A stretch of 47,067 nt of DNA from Nitrospinota bacterium (lineage in GTDB: Bacteria; UBA8248), in contig JAYGFR010000338.1 in NCBI GenBank assembly GCA_046581755.1, positions 1 through 47,067 of the forward strand, in the 5' to 3' direction. The notes below the pieces were generated by a model. It saw only the letters and a list, made by a program, of their open reading frames with translations. It was not told where the DNA came from and did not search any database. This document shows positions 1 through 8,862 of the stretch, piece by piece; position 1 is the stretch's first letter; each line of letters begins with the position of its first letter. The position numbers were made by a program, and so were the translations under genes.

Positions 1-186
1 TCCGGGGGATCGCCCTCACCGGGCTGAAGGAGTAGAGAATCCATCCGAGCATCAGGTTCGACAATGGGGGACTTCGATGCGCGAAGGCTTCCGGGTAGCC
101 CTTGGCGCATTTCACTTTTACCCTTGGTTTCGATTTTTTAGAGTAGCCCCGCCTTGGCGAGAAGAAGCCATAAAACGAATTCCCCG

Positions 187-278
187 TGCTTACCTACTGC
201 TTACCCCAAAAAAACAACGGGTCAGGGATTACCAGTAACCAGTTGATTTATTTGGTGGAGGCGAGGGGGCTCGAACCC
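187..278 (-). mobile_element. att-like site: 3' fragment of tmRNA (ssrA)/Ala-type acceptor end with IHF box and direct repeats
   Basis: 253-278 reverse complement reads GGG-TTCGAGC-CCCCT-CGCCTCC-ACCA (T-loop, acceptor 3' strand, CCA); T-stem pairing fails beyond 278. 236-248 reverse complement is AATCAACTGGTTA (IHF consensus WATCAANNNNTTR). TGCTTACC occurs at 187-194 and 198-205. Confidence 0.75.
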
Positions 279-375
279 AGGCGACGTGGACGAATACCTC
301 GAGGCCATGGTCCGCGAGAAGCGCCACCTCATCCGCCTCCGGATCGAGAGAATGTATCCCCTCTCGGAGTATGGC
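274..375 (+). pseudogene. C-terminal remnant resembling PPOX-class F420-dependent oxidoreductase
   Basis: Reads NPGDVDEYLEAMVREKRHLIRLRIERMYP, like the DWDEYRAAMVxxRRLVxRLxxERxY tail of that family; no 5' part; begins at the att core. Confidence 0.4.
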
Positions 376-381
376 CCGCTT

Positions 382-1196
382 CTACAACAACGCCTCCAGC
401 CGGCGGCAGACATCGGGAGGGATGGGGTTTCCGTCCGAGACGGCCGCGTTTTCCGCCACCCGCTCGACTTTGTTCGTCGCCGGTATCACGGTCGAGACGG
501 CGGGGTCCGAGAGAAGGTACTTGAGAAGAGCCTGGCCCGGCCTGCGGACGCCGTAGGGCTCGAGAAACGACAAATTCGCCCTGGAGAGCGGCCCCAAGAG
601 CAGGTTTCGGTTAAAATCGGAGCAACCGGCGTCATGACGATAACGCCCATATCCAATTCCCGCGCCAGGGGCAGTATCTCTCTTCGGCAGGTTCTCTCCC
701 CCAGGTGATAGGAAATCTGGATCGTGTCGAACTCCCCTGTCCGCATGGCCTCGAGCATTTCCGGATATTTCGACACATTGTATTCCGTGATTCCAATAAA
801 GCGGATCCGCCCCGCGTCCCGGAGTCTTTTCAAGACCGGCGTGACCAACCGCCAGGACGCCAGGTTGTGAATCTGGAACAAATCGATGACATCGGTTCTT
901 AAAAGCTGGAACGAGCGCTCGATGCTGGCCAGGGCCGAAGCCTCGCTGTGCTCGAGCACCTTGGTGGCGATGAGCGTTTCGGCCCGGCCGCCAGCCAGCG
1001 CAAGGCCCAGGACGCGCTCGGCATCGCCGTACATGGGGGCGGTATCGAAAAAATTGATTCCCAGCCGAATCGCCTCCCCGGCGATGCGGGCGCAATGGGC
1101 ATCTCCGGCGGCTCCCCGGACGTCGAAGGTCTGCCAAGTGGCCATACCGAGTTCGCTGACCTGGAGCCCGGTCCGTCCCAGCCTGCGGTTCTGCAT
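382..1196 (-). pseudogene. Aldo/keto reductase, frameshifted at the A4 run 613-616
   Basis: N-part MQNRRLGRTGLQVSELG, DTAPMYG, IATK, IDLFQIH; C-part ALLKYLLSDPAVSTVIPATNKVERVAENAA is in another frame; one extra base in the run joins them. May be a sequencing error. Confidence 0.85.
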
Positions 1197-1329
1197 TTGA
1201 GATTTCCGAAATTGTGATCCTGATTTCTCTTTTTTCCTCAGCCGGATTGCGGCGGCTTACCCAAACCGCCTAAAATGAATTCGACCCCCAAATTATGCAC
1301 CCCTACCGCAGGTTCTCATATTACTTCTC

Positions 1330-1359
1330 TTGACATATAAGCATATACTTAAATATAAT
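1330..1359 (+). promoter_or_regulatory. sigma70 promoter with overlapping ArsR-type operator; probably leaderless transcript
   Basis: TTGACA(1330-1335)-N18-TATAAT(1354-1359); ATG follows after 6 nt with no RBS; inverted repeat TAAG-CATATA-CTTA in the spacer. Confidence 0.75.
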
Positions 1360-1365
1360 TAAATT

Positions 1366-1689
1366 ATGGCCTCTTCGCAAAAAGAATCGACGGTATTCCA
1401 TGCGATCGCCGACAAAAACCGCCGGCGCATGATGGACCTGCTTGTCGAGCGCGAAAGGCCGGTCAACGAGATTGCCGCCCATTTTAAAATTTCGAAGTCC
1501 GCCGTTTCGCAGCATCTAAAAGTTCTTTACAAGGCGGGTTTGGTCCAAAGGAGGGTGGAAGGTCCGTTTCGCTTTTATCAAGCCAGTCCGCACGCGTTGC
1601 GCGAAGTCTATGACTGGACCTCGCGATACGAGAAATTCTGGATACAGCGCCTTCAAAAACTGGGCGATTACCTGGATTCGAAAAATTAA
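1366..1689 (+). CDS. ArsR/SmtB family transcriptional regulator
   Basis: FHAIADKNRRRMMDLL, ISKSAVSQHLKVLYKAGLV, YEKFWIQRLQKLGDYL; paired with an SRPBCC gene. Confidence 0.92.
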   Translation: MASSQKESTVFHAIADKNRRRMMDLLVERERPVNEIAAHFKISKSAVSQHLKVLYKAGLVQRRVEGPFRFYQASPHALREVYDWTSRYEKFWIQRLQKLGDYLDSKN

Positions 1690-1746
1690 ATCCTCTCAAT
1701 AAAAGAGTGGCCACTTCTTTAACCGTATCGAAATGGATTTTCTTGA

Positions 1747-2154
1747 ATGAACTTCTCTTTGATATTTAAAAAATTTTATCCTCACCCGATCGAGAAGGTC
1801 TGGGCGTTGGTACCGAATGCGTCCGCCTTATCGCAATGGCAAATGCCGACCGAATCCGAGCTCAAATTGGGGCAAAAGTTTTTTCTCTGGGAGGATTTTT
1901 CATCCCGCGAAATCGGCCGCGTCGAGTGCGAACTGATCGAGATGGCCGCGCCGCACCGGATGGTTTGGTCCTGGAAGAGCCAGGGCCAGGAAAAGCCCTC
2001 CCATCTGGTGTTCGAGCTGGAATCCACCGAGGGCGGAACAAACCTTACGCTGAAGCACGCGAGCGAATCGGGCGGCGTACCCAGCGAACTGGGAGAAAAT
2101 AAATGGCCGGGAAAACTGACGAACCTCGACTCATGGTTCGACACCTCGTTTTGA
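1747..2154 (+). CDS. SRPBCC/AHSA1-like domain protein
   Basis: YPHPIEKVW...LSQW...PHRMVWSW...VFELESTEGGTNLTLKH; usual ArsR partner. Confidence 0.88.
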   Translation: MNFSLIFKKFYPHPIEKVWALVPNASALSQWQMPTESELKLGQKFFLWEDFSSREIGRVECELIEMAAPHRMVWSWKSQGQEKPSHLVFELESTEGGTNLTLKHASESGGVPSELGENKWPGKLTNLDSWFDTSF

Positions 2155-2211
2155 GCGGGGCATCGCGGAGGGATTCCGGCTTGTCCTCACTTGCGCGCGA
2201 AAAATATGAAC

Positions 2212-2406
2212 ATGAGCTCATATACCATTCCCGGTCCCGGCGCGCCTCCGGACGACAGTCGCAACGACGCGGACGAGCCCCCGGAAAAGGAACCCGAGGG
2301 CGGCGGCCCGAAGGCGGAGGATGGCCCCGGCCGGCCCTTCCTGGATGACTTACCTGATCCGGAGAAAGAAAATCCGGGAATCCGAAAAAGAAAAGGAAGG
2401 CGCTAA
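2212..2406 (+). CDS. Small acidic/Pro-rich hypothetical protein
   Basis: Open frame filling the gap; low complexity; start uncertain. Confidence 0.35.
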   Translation: MSSYTIPGPGAPPDDSRNDADEPPEKEPEGGGPKAEDGPGRPFLDDLPDPEKENPGIRKRKGRR

Positions 2407-2434
2407 AGCGGCCGCCCCGGCGTGGATTGCGGTG

Positions 2435-3142
2435 CTAGATTTTTTCCAGGACCAGGCGCATGAGCTTTTGGGCATCCTCGAAGCCGCCGTCGAGTTCGAG
2501 CGAGGTTTCGAGAAATTTTTTTGCCGCGGCGATTTGTTCCGAATGAAATAGCGCGAGAGAAAGGTTGTAGTAGAGGATGGGGTCGTCGGGGTCGATCTGG
2601 ATGGTCCGGTTGTAGTTCTTCACGGCATCGTCGTACATTTCCTCCTTGCGAAGAGCGATGCCCAGCCCGTTGAAGGTGTGCTTATTCTCCTCTTTGCAGA
2701 TGTCTTCGTTGTCCCCGAGCTTCGAGAAAACCTCTCTCGCATCTTCAATCCTGCCATGGCCCGAAAAGGATTGACCGAGCCCGAGGGTCGCCCTGACATT
2801 GTTTTCGTTTATTCTCAGCCCATTTTCAAACTCGTATTCGGCGCTGTGAAATTCCTTATTCTCCAGATGAATCTCCCCTTGACGCACGACTTTCTCCTGC
2901 CGGATCTCCTCGGGCGTCTTTTCCTCCTCGGGGGCCACCTCGGGCGTTTTTTCGGAGCGCTTTTCGAAATCCTCGGCCGTAAGGCGCTCCGCTTCCATCC
3001 CCGTCGATGCGCCGTCGAGCCTCAAATATTCGAGAATGAACGCCTCGCCGTCCTTGCGCATCCAGTACTTGATATTTTCCCGCAGGCCACCGGTCAGAAT
3101 TTTCTCTTCGTGGAATACGCCCTCGGCGAAATCATCCGTCAC
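2435..3142 (-). CDS. Tetratricopeptide repeat protein
   Basis: TPR-like units such as FNGLGIALRKEEMYDDAVKNYNRTIQIDPDDPILYYNL; GGAGGT RBS before GTG. Confidence 0.85.
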   Translation of the reverse strand: MTDDFAEGVFHEEKILTGGLRENIKYWMRKDGEAFILEYLRLDGASTGMEAERLTAEDFEKRSEKTPEVAPEEEKTPEEIRQEKVVRQGEIHLENKEFHSAEYEFENGLRINENNVRATLGLGQSFSGHGRIEDAREVFSKLGDNEDICKEENKHTFNGLGIALRKEEMYDDAVKNYNRTIQIDPDDPILYYNLSLALFHSEQIAAAKKFLETSLELDGGFEDAQKLMRLVLEKI

Positions 3143-3198
3143 GGCATTTCACCTCCCGTATGAGGCCACCGGGCGGTATCCCCCTCCGGCGGAACGGA

Positions 3199-3882
3199 CT
3201 AGGCCAGCGCCCGCTTCAAAATATCCCGAAACCCTTCGTACACGGCCTCCCCGTATGCGGGAGGCGGATGCACCTCGGTGATCTTGCCGTTCTCAATCTT
3301 CTTCTCCGAGGCGTAGGGATTGTGAATCACCTCGCCCGATTCGAGGAACAATGTCGGGCTCGTCATCGGAACCCCTTCCTCGTCCCGGAGGCGCATCGCT
3401 TCTTTGTAGTCAGCCACAACCGTTTCCTCGTAGGTCCTGGCTTCCAAATCCTTGCGCATGGACGCGGGGTCGAGCCCGGACTCACCGGCGATCTCGCAAA
3501 TCACCTCCGGATCGTCGATCCTGCGGCCCTCCCAGAAAAAAGCGCGCCGGAGCCCCAGGTCGAAAACGCGCGCCTTTTCCGGATCCTGCCGGAAGGCGCT
3601 CTCGTAGGCCTCGAAGGCCAACAGCGTGGTCCGAAGGTACTCCTCGTGCGGCCAGCCCTTGCACCGGCAAAGCGGCTCCTGGACGGCGACGAGGGGCCAT
3701 TCCTGATCCACGATATGGCGCGGGGCCGGGCGCTGGTTGATATGTTCGAGCGGATACGCCCGGTAGCGCAATACAATCTTGCCACTGGCATCCCCGATGA
3801 CATGATCCAGCCGCGCCGCGGCCAGGTATGCCCAGGGTCAATGATATTCGTGAAAAATTTCAATTACAGTTTCATCGGTCAT
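3199..3882 (-). CDS. DsbA/FrnE-like thioredoxin-fold selenoprotein (Sec15, TGA at 3838-3840)
   Basis: ATG 3882 gives MTDETVIEIFHEYH-TGA-PWAYLAAARLDHV, in frame with ORF 3199..3771 (later GVPMTSPTLF cis-Pro loop); TGA occupies the Cys of the xxCPWxY motif. Confidence 0.85.
3793..3837 (-). promoter_or_regulatory. SECIS-like hairpin after the Sec codon
   Basis: Upper stem CTGGCCG/CGGCTGG (+13..+31) around loop CGGCG; lower stem GGCAT/ATGTC. Confidence 0.6.
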
Positions 3883-4143
3883 TCCGTCCGCCTTTCGTTT
3901 CTTTTTTCAGGGCCACGGCGCCCCTCGAAAAATTCTCCGCCTCTCCGAAAAAACCGGAGCGACGCATGGATATTAACGGACCCGGCGAAAAACTGACAAC
4001 AACGATAGCGCCGGTTTAAGGGAAGGATGTAGAATTGGAACCCTGGAAGGATTGAGTTGTTGCATGAGGGACCCACCGGCGGCGGCGCCGGTTTCCCCGA
4101 AAGCCGGTGAATTCAGAGCTCACCGGCCCGCGAGGGCAAGGCA

Positions 4144-4980
4144 TTGCATCGCTATGGGCGGTTCCGGCACTTCATTATTTATATTATTCTAGCGGCTATC
4201 TTGATGGGTCTATTCGGGTTTCTCGAAAACTTTCTTCTCTACCAGCCATTCCGGACAATCGACCTGACGCCGGCTGCCTACAAGGTGCCCTTCGAGGATG
4301 TCCGCTTCGCCGCCGCCGACGGGACCAAGCTCCACGGCTGGTACGTCCCGCCCGTCGAGCCCGGAGGGCCGGTGATCCTCTGGGCCCACGGAAACGCGGG
4401 AAATATCTCCCACCGGACCGAGAACATCGCTCTCATCCGCACACAGCTTGGCGCCGGGGTGTTTTTGTTCGACTACCGGGGTTATGGATTGAGCGCCGGG
4501 AACCCGGGCGAGGAAGGCCTCTACGCTGATGCCCGCGCCGCCTACGCCTGGCTGGGCGGGCGCGTCCTCCCCGAGCGCATTTTCCTCTTCGGCCGCTCCC
4601 TGGGGGCCGCCGTCATGGTCCAACTCGCCTCCGAGGGGGTACGGGCGCGCGGCCTGATTCTCGAGTCGCCCTTCGAGAGCCTGCTCGCCATGGGGCAAAA
4701 TTTGTTCCCCATTCTGCCGGTGAGCTGGATCGTCGAGCAAAAATTCGACCTGGCCGCTCTCATACCCACCGTAAAAATGCCCGTCTTCGTCCTCCACGGA
4801 AGCCAGGACGAGGTCGTCCCCTTCTCCCAGGGGCAAAAAGTATTCTCCCTCGCCCCCCGTCCGAAGCGCTTTTTCAGCATCATCGGCGCCGGCCACAACA
4901 ACACCTACACCGCCGGAGGGCCGGAATACTGGAAGGCCTGGCGGCGGTTTCTCGCCTCGCCCGGCGGCGGACAGCCGTAG
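4144..4980 (+). CDS. Alpha/beta hydrolase (YfhR/ABHD13-like) with N-terminal membrane anchor
   Basis: HGNAGN, FDYRGYG, GRSLG nucleophile elbow, HGSQDEVVP, GAGHN. Confidence 0.92.
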   Translation: MHRYGRFRHFIIYIILAAILMGLFGFLENFLLYQPFRTIDLTPAAYKVPFEDVRFAAADGTKLHGWYVPPVEPGGPVILWAHGNAGNISHRTENIALIRTQLGAGVFLFDYRGYGLSAGNPGEEGLYADARAAYAWLGGRVLPERIFLFGRSLGAAVMVQLASEGVRARGLILESPFESLLAMGQNLFPILPVSWIVEQKFDLAALIPTVKMPVFVLHGSQDEVVPFSQGQKVFSLAPRPKRFFSIIGAGHNNTYTAGGPEYWKAWRRFLASPGGGQP

Positions 4981-5007
4981 GGTCCGGGGAATCTCTTCCG
5001 TGTAGCT

Positions 5008-5790
5008 TTACGGATTCGGCGGAGCGGACTTTCGGCGGAATTTCGATTGTCCGTGGTCGAAGGAGGCGAAAAAATCCGCCACAAACGCATCGGCCTGCGC
5101 GCTCAGGATGCGATCGGTGGTGTCCAACTGGAGGATTCGCCCGTCGCGCATGACGGCGATGCGATCGGCGAGGAGGCTGGCGTCGTTCAGGTCGTGGGTG
5201 ACGAGCAGGGTGGTCGAATCCAGCTCATCGTGTACGCGGCGAAGCTCCTCGCGCACCTTGCGCCTTGCGACCGGATCGATGTTGGCCATGGGCTCATCGA
5301 GGAGAAATACCCGGGGCGGGATGGCGATGGCCCGTCCGATGGCCACTTTTTGCTGCTGACCGGAGCTGAGTTGCCCCGGATAGCTCTCGCTCAGATCTTC
5401 CTCGATCCCCACGCGGGCCATCACGCCGCTGACCCGCTCTACAATCCGCTCCGGGAGCCAGCGGCGGATTCTGGGCCCGAAGGCCAGATTGCTCCACCGC
5501 CGCATGCTGAAAACAGGCATGTAGGGCCAAAGGGCGTAGCTCTGGAAAACGAGTTGGATCCCCCGGCGGCCCACCGGGACATCGTTCATCCGCTCGCCGC
5601 CGAGGTAGATATGGCCCGCGTCGGGCCGCTCCAGGCCCGATATCAGCCGGAGCAACGTGCTCTTCCCGCAGCCGGTCGGCCCGACGAGTACGACGAACTC
5701 CCCGTCCTCGAGGGCGAGCGATACGCCCTTCACCGCCTTCACGGGGCCGTAGGATTTCTTCAGGCCCGACATGGTCAACTCGTTCGACAC
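5008..5790 (-). CDS. ABC transporter ATP-binding protein (MalK/PotA-like, short)
   Basis: Walker A GPTGCGKST, signature LSSGQ, Walker B FLLDEP, H-loop VTHD. Confidence 0.9.
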   Translation of the reverse strand: MSNELTMSGLKKSYGPVKAVKGVSLALEDGEFVVLVGPTGCGKSTLLRLISGLERPDAGHIYLGGERMNDVPVGRRGIQLVFQSYALWPYMPVFSMRRWSNLAFGPRIRRWLPERIVERVSGVMARVGIEEDLSESYPGQLSSGQQQKVAIGRAIAIPPRVFLLDEPMANIDPVARRKVREELRRVHDELDSTTLLVTHDLNDASLLADRIAVMRDGRILQLDTTDRILSAQADAFVADFFASFDHGQSKFRRKSAPPNP

Positions 5791-5817
5791 GCCTTCTTCC
5801 CCGCTCGGAAGCCGGCC

Positions 5818-6162
5818 TCAGGGTTTTTGGGGCGCCATCTCGTTCAGCCGCTCCACCCCCGGGGCAAAAATTTCCTCGACGAACAACTCCTCGCCGGCCA
5901 CCAGTTCCGTGCAATGCACCTCGTTGGGCGGAAATACGACCACCCCGCCCGGACCCATCACCACCTCCTTGCCCATGCAGGTAAACTTTGCCTTCCCCTC
6001 GAGGACGATGCTCATCTGCTCCCAGGGATGGCTGTGCGGATTCGGCTTCATGTTGGAAAAGAGACGCTGCTGGAGGACGGTCATATTCTGCCCGGCCACA
6101 ACCCGCTGAACGCGGTCCTCTTTTTTGTGGCCGGGAAGTTCGTTCCAGTTATAGGTTTGCAT
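5818..6162 (-). CDS. Cupin domain protein
   Basis: PHSHPWEQMSIVLEG...FPPNEVH; GGAG RBS before ATG 6162. Confidence 0.88.
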   Translation of the reverse strand: MQTYNWNELPGHKKEDRVQRVVAGQNMTVLQQRLFSNMKPNPHSHPWEQMSIVLEGKAKFTCMGKEVVMGPGGVVVFPPNEVHCTELVAGEELFVEEIFAPGVERLNEMAPQKP

Positions 6163-6356
6163 GGCGGTCTTCTCCTTTTGGAAATAATAACGAAACGAAG
6201 TCGAAACGGCGATAAAGATTTCAATAAGGCACTTTCCCAATCTTATCGCAGCGGGGAATGTTTGGCCCACCGCGATCCCCATCCGGCCATTTTTATCGCG
6301 GCGGTGCCGATTTTAGGGTAGCCTGCCGGAGGGGAGTGAAAAAGGAGGAAAACCAC

Positions 6357-6881
6357 ATGAAATCGCGCCTCTTGAGAATAGCCGCCGTGGCCGGCCTGGG
6401 CATCCTTGCCGCGGGATTTTTCCATGCGCGCGGCTCGGGCATCGGGCTGGGCTCCCCCGCCCCCGAACTGCGGGCCGGTCCCTGGCTGAACAGCGAGCCC
6501 CTCAAGCTCAAGGACCTCCGGGGCAAGGTGGTTCTCATCAACATGTGGACCTTCACCTGAATCAATTGCATCCGGGAGATCCCGGCGGTTCGCTCGTGGC
6601 ACGAGCGCTTCAAGGACAAGGGGCTGGTCGTCATCGGGAACCATTCCCCCGAATTCGAACTAGAGAAATCCGTGAGCAACGTGAAAAAAGCCATCGCCCG
6701 GCTGAACGTCCCCTACCCGGTGGTGATGGACAACGATCACGTCAACTGGCGCGCCTTTAACAACCGATTCTGGCCCACGGTTTACCTCATCGGCAAAAAG
6801 GGCATCGTCCGCTACAAAACGATCGGAGAGGGAAACCACGCCAGGACCGAGGAGATGATCAAAACCCTCCTCGCCGAATGA
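6357..6881 (+). CDS. TlpA/DipZ-like redoxin selenoprotein, UxxC (Sec68, TGA at 6558-6560)
   Basis: AGGAGG RBS; N-terminal hydrophobic segment; PWLNSEPLKLKDLRGKVVLINMWTFT-TGA-INCIREIP...GLVVIGNHSPEF...NNRFWPTVYLI all in one frame. Confidence 0.92.
6561..6590 (+). promoter_or_regulatory. SECIS-like hairpin after the Sec codon
   Basis: CCGGG-AGAT-CCCGG (+12..+25) with lower stem AATTGC/GCGGTT. Confidence 0.7.
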
Positions 6882-6911
6882 GAAAACGCTTCCCCCTCTG
6901 CCGGAGATGAC

Positions 6912-7214
6912 ATGAATCCACCCGCCGAAACCGCGCACACGCTTCCCACGCGGATTGCGCGCCGCCGCCTGATCGCGGGGCGGCTCGCCGCGGGGGTGTT
7001 TTTTTTCAACCTCGCCTTCGCCCTCATCGGAGGCTGGCTGTTGAGCGGTCCCGCCGTTTGGATATCGAGCCTTCGGCTGGGGTTCTGGGGCTGGGCCGGA
7101 GCCCTCTTTCTCGCTTCGGCCTTGCTGGCGGTGCCGGTGGCGGGCGCCATGATTTTCAAACTCCTTCACCCGCCCCCGGAGGCCCCCGGCGAGCTATCCG
7201 GAGAGAAGTCTTGA
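6912..7214 (+). CDS. Small membrane protein (2 predicted TM segments)
   Basis: GGAG RBS; two hydrophobic stretches; directly follows the redoxin. Confidence 0.6.
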   Translation: MNPPAETAHTLPTRIARRRLIAGRLAAGVFFFNLAFALIGGWLLSGPAVWISSLRLGFWGWAGALFLASALLAVPVAGAMIFKLLHPPPEAPGELSGEKS

Positions 7215-7240
7215 CAATCCGGCGAGCGGCCACCTATAAG
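7211..7240 (+). promoter_or_regulatory. sigma70 promoter for tRNA-Asn
   Basis: TTGACA-N18-TATAAG followed by a GC-rich discriminator. Confidence 0.6.
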
Positions 7241-7283
7241 GCGGTGGCGCCGTTTACTGTGGGATTCGGCGTCCAGATTGCGA

Positions 7284-7359
7284 TCCGGCGTAGCTCAATT
7301 GGCAGAGCAGTCGGCTGTTAACCGACTTGTTGTAGGTTCGAGTCCTACCGCCGGAGCCA
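7284..7359 (+). tRNA. tRNA-Asn (GTT)
   Basis: 76 nt: TCCGGCG/CGCCGGA acceptor, GTCGG-CTGTTAA-CCGAC anticodon arm, GTAGG-TTCGAGT-CCTAC T arm, encoded CCA. Confidence 0.98.
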
Positions 7360-7370
7360 GGATATTTCAA

Positions 7371-7402
7371 AGGGCCGCGTCGAAACCCGCGGCTCTTTTT
7401 TT
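7371..7402 (+). terminator. Rho-independent terminator
   Basis: AGGGCCGCG/CGCGGCTCT hairpin followed by a T run. Confidence 0.8.
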
Positions 7403-7435
7403 CAGGCGCCCCTTTTTTCCAGGAGGATCGGAGCC

Positions 7436-7804
7436 ATGCCGCTTTTCTGGGCGTACTCGGTAAAAACAGATTCCGCCACGGTCGAAGAGATCGCCGCCGC
7501 GCGGGACGATCACCTTCGCTGGCAATTCGAGAACGAAAAGCTGGGCAACCTCCTCGGCGCCGGGCCGGTGTTCGATCCCGATGTGGACGGGCCTCCCGTC
7601 GCGGGGATATACATTCTCGTCTGCAACGATGCGGCCGAGGCCCGCGCCCGCGCCGACACCGACCCCTTCCATGCCCGGGGCCTCCGCGAGTACACCATCT
7701 TGCGCTGGCGCCTCAACGAAAGCGCCTACATGGGCGTGGGCCTGCGGGCGGCGCTGAACGGAGACGAGCCGGACAATCCCCATTACTACCCTCCGGCCGG
7801 CTGA
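7436..7804 (+). CDS. YciI family protein
   Basis: RDDHLRW, LLGAGP, EARARADTDPFHARG; GGAGG RBS. Confidence 0.85.
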   Translation: MPLFWAYSVKTDSATVEEIAAARDDHLRWQFENEKLGNLLGAGPVFDPDVDGPPVAGIYILVCNDAAEARARADTDPFHARGLREYTILRWRLNESAYMGVGLRAALNGDEPDNPHYYPPAG

Positions 7805-7982
7805 TCGGAGCCCTCTTCCCCCCCTCCCCCCCAAAATCCGCGGGCGCACTCGTGTCCGGCGGAACTCCGTTTGATCCCCATATATCCGGGTGATAGGGTC
7901 TCTCCATCGTTCCAATTTCGCCGCATTCCGCCCGGCCCGAACAGCGTGCCAGCGGCATGTCATCTTGCCGGGAGGGGCCTCT

Positions 7983-8570
7983 ATGCCGCCCAAACTGAAC
8001 CGCCTCCAGCACATCGCTCTCAAGGTCCGCGACCTCGATAAATCCCTCCGGTTCTACGAGGATATTCTGGGATTTCGGGTCGTCGAAGTCCTCGACCAGA
8101 CCGATCCGGCGAAAACCACCTACGGCTATACCCGCCGCGTGCGGTTCATCTCGTGCACGAACGAGCATCATGTCATTAACCTGACGGAGATCGCGCCCGA
8201 ATTCGTGCCCGAGAACCAGCCGCCTCCCGAAAACTCGCGGACGCGGACCGACTACGGACTCCACCACTTCGCCTTCATCGTGGACGGAAAGGAGGAGTTC
8301 AACGAATGGGTCGAATTCCTGCGCTCGAAAAATGTCGAGTTCACCCGGGGCCCGCTCCTCCACAGCCCCACCCATCCCGAGGGGGACGGTTCTCCGGGCG
8401 AGAACCGGGCGGTCTATTTTTGCGATCCGGACGGGAACGCGGTCGAAATCTGCTGCGACATGATGCTCTTGGACGAAAACAACGAGGTGGACCGGGCCTG
8501 GCACGCCGGCCGCATCCGGCGCGACGGTTATGACCCGGAGGAGGTTCCCGTTCCCACCATAGTCCGATAG
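7983..8570 (+). CDS. VOC/glyoxalase family protein
   Basis: LQHIALKVRDLDKSLRFYEDILG, GLHHFAF, VYFCDPDGNAVEI; GGAGG RBS. Confidence 0.9.
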   Translation: MPPKLNRLQHIALKVRDLDKSLRFYEDILGFRVVEVLDQTDPAKTTYGYTRRVRFISCTNEHHVINLTEIAPEFVPENQPPPENSRTRTDYGLHHFAFIVDGKEEFNEWVEFLRSKNVEFTRGPLLHSPTHPEGDGSPGENRAVYFCDPDGNAVEICCDMMLLDENNEVDRAWHAGRIRRDGYDPEEVPVPTIVR

Positions 8571-8862
8571 GCGGACCCGCGTTGCTCTTTCCACATCGTG
8601 TGGATGAAAGCCGCGGGCGAACCGGGCCGGGCCGATTCCCCAGCCCCCGCCGAACCCCCCACCGAAGAGACCTCGACCGAAGAAGCCCCGGCCGATGGAT
8701 GAGCCCCCCGGCCACCCTGATTGCCGGCTGCCGATGATTGAATAAATGGCGCTCCTCCGCCGTTATCCCGAATAGCGCCCCGGAACCGGAACCGCACAAA
8801 AATCATCGCCGGGCAGGGTGCGTTTGGAACTGCGGTTGAAATTGCAGTTGCGGAGGGCCTCC

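Noticed and set aside
253..278. Intact tRNA-Ala or tmRNA gene
   Set aside because: Only the T-loop and 3' acceptor strand are present; no 5' half.
7284..7402. tRNA-Asn as an island integration site
   Set aside because: Followed by a normal terminator; no integrase or duplicated 3' end seen in the window.
8571..8702. Pro/Glu-rich reading frame ending EEAPADG-stop, possibly another gene tail
   Set aside because: Low complexity and no recognisable family; too weak to call.
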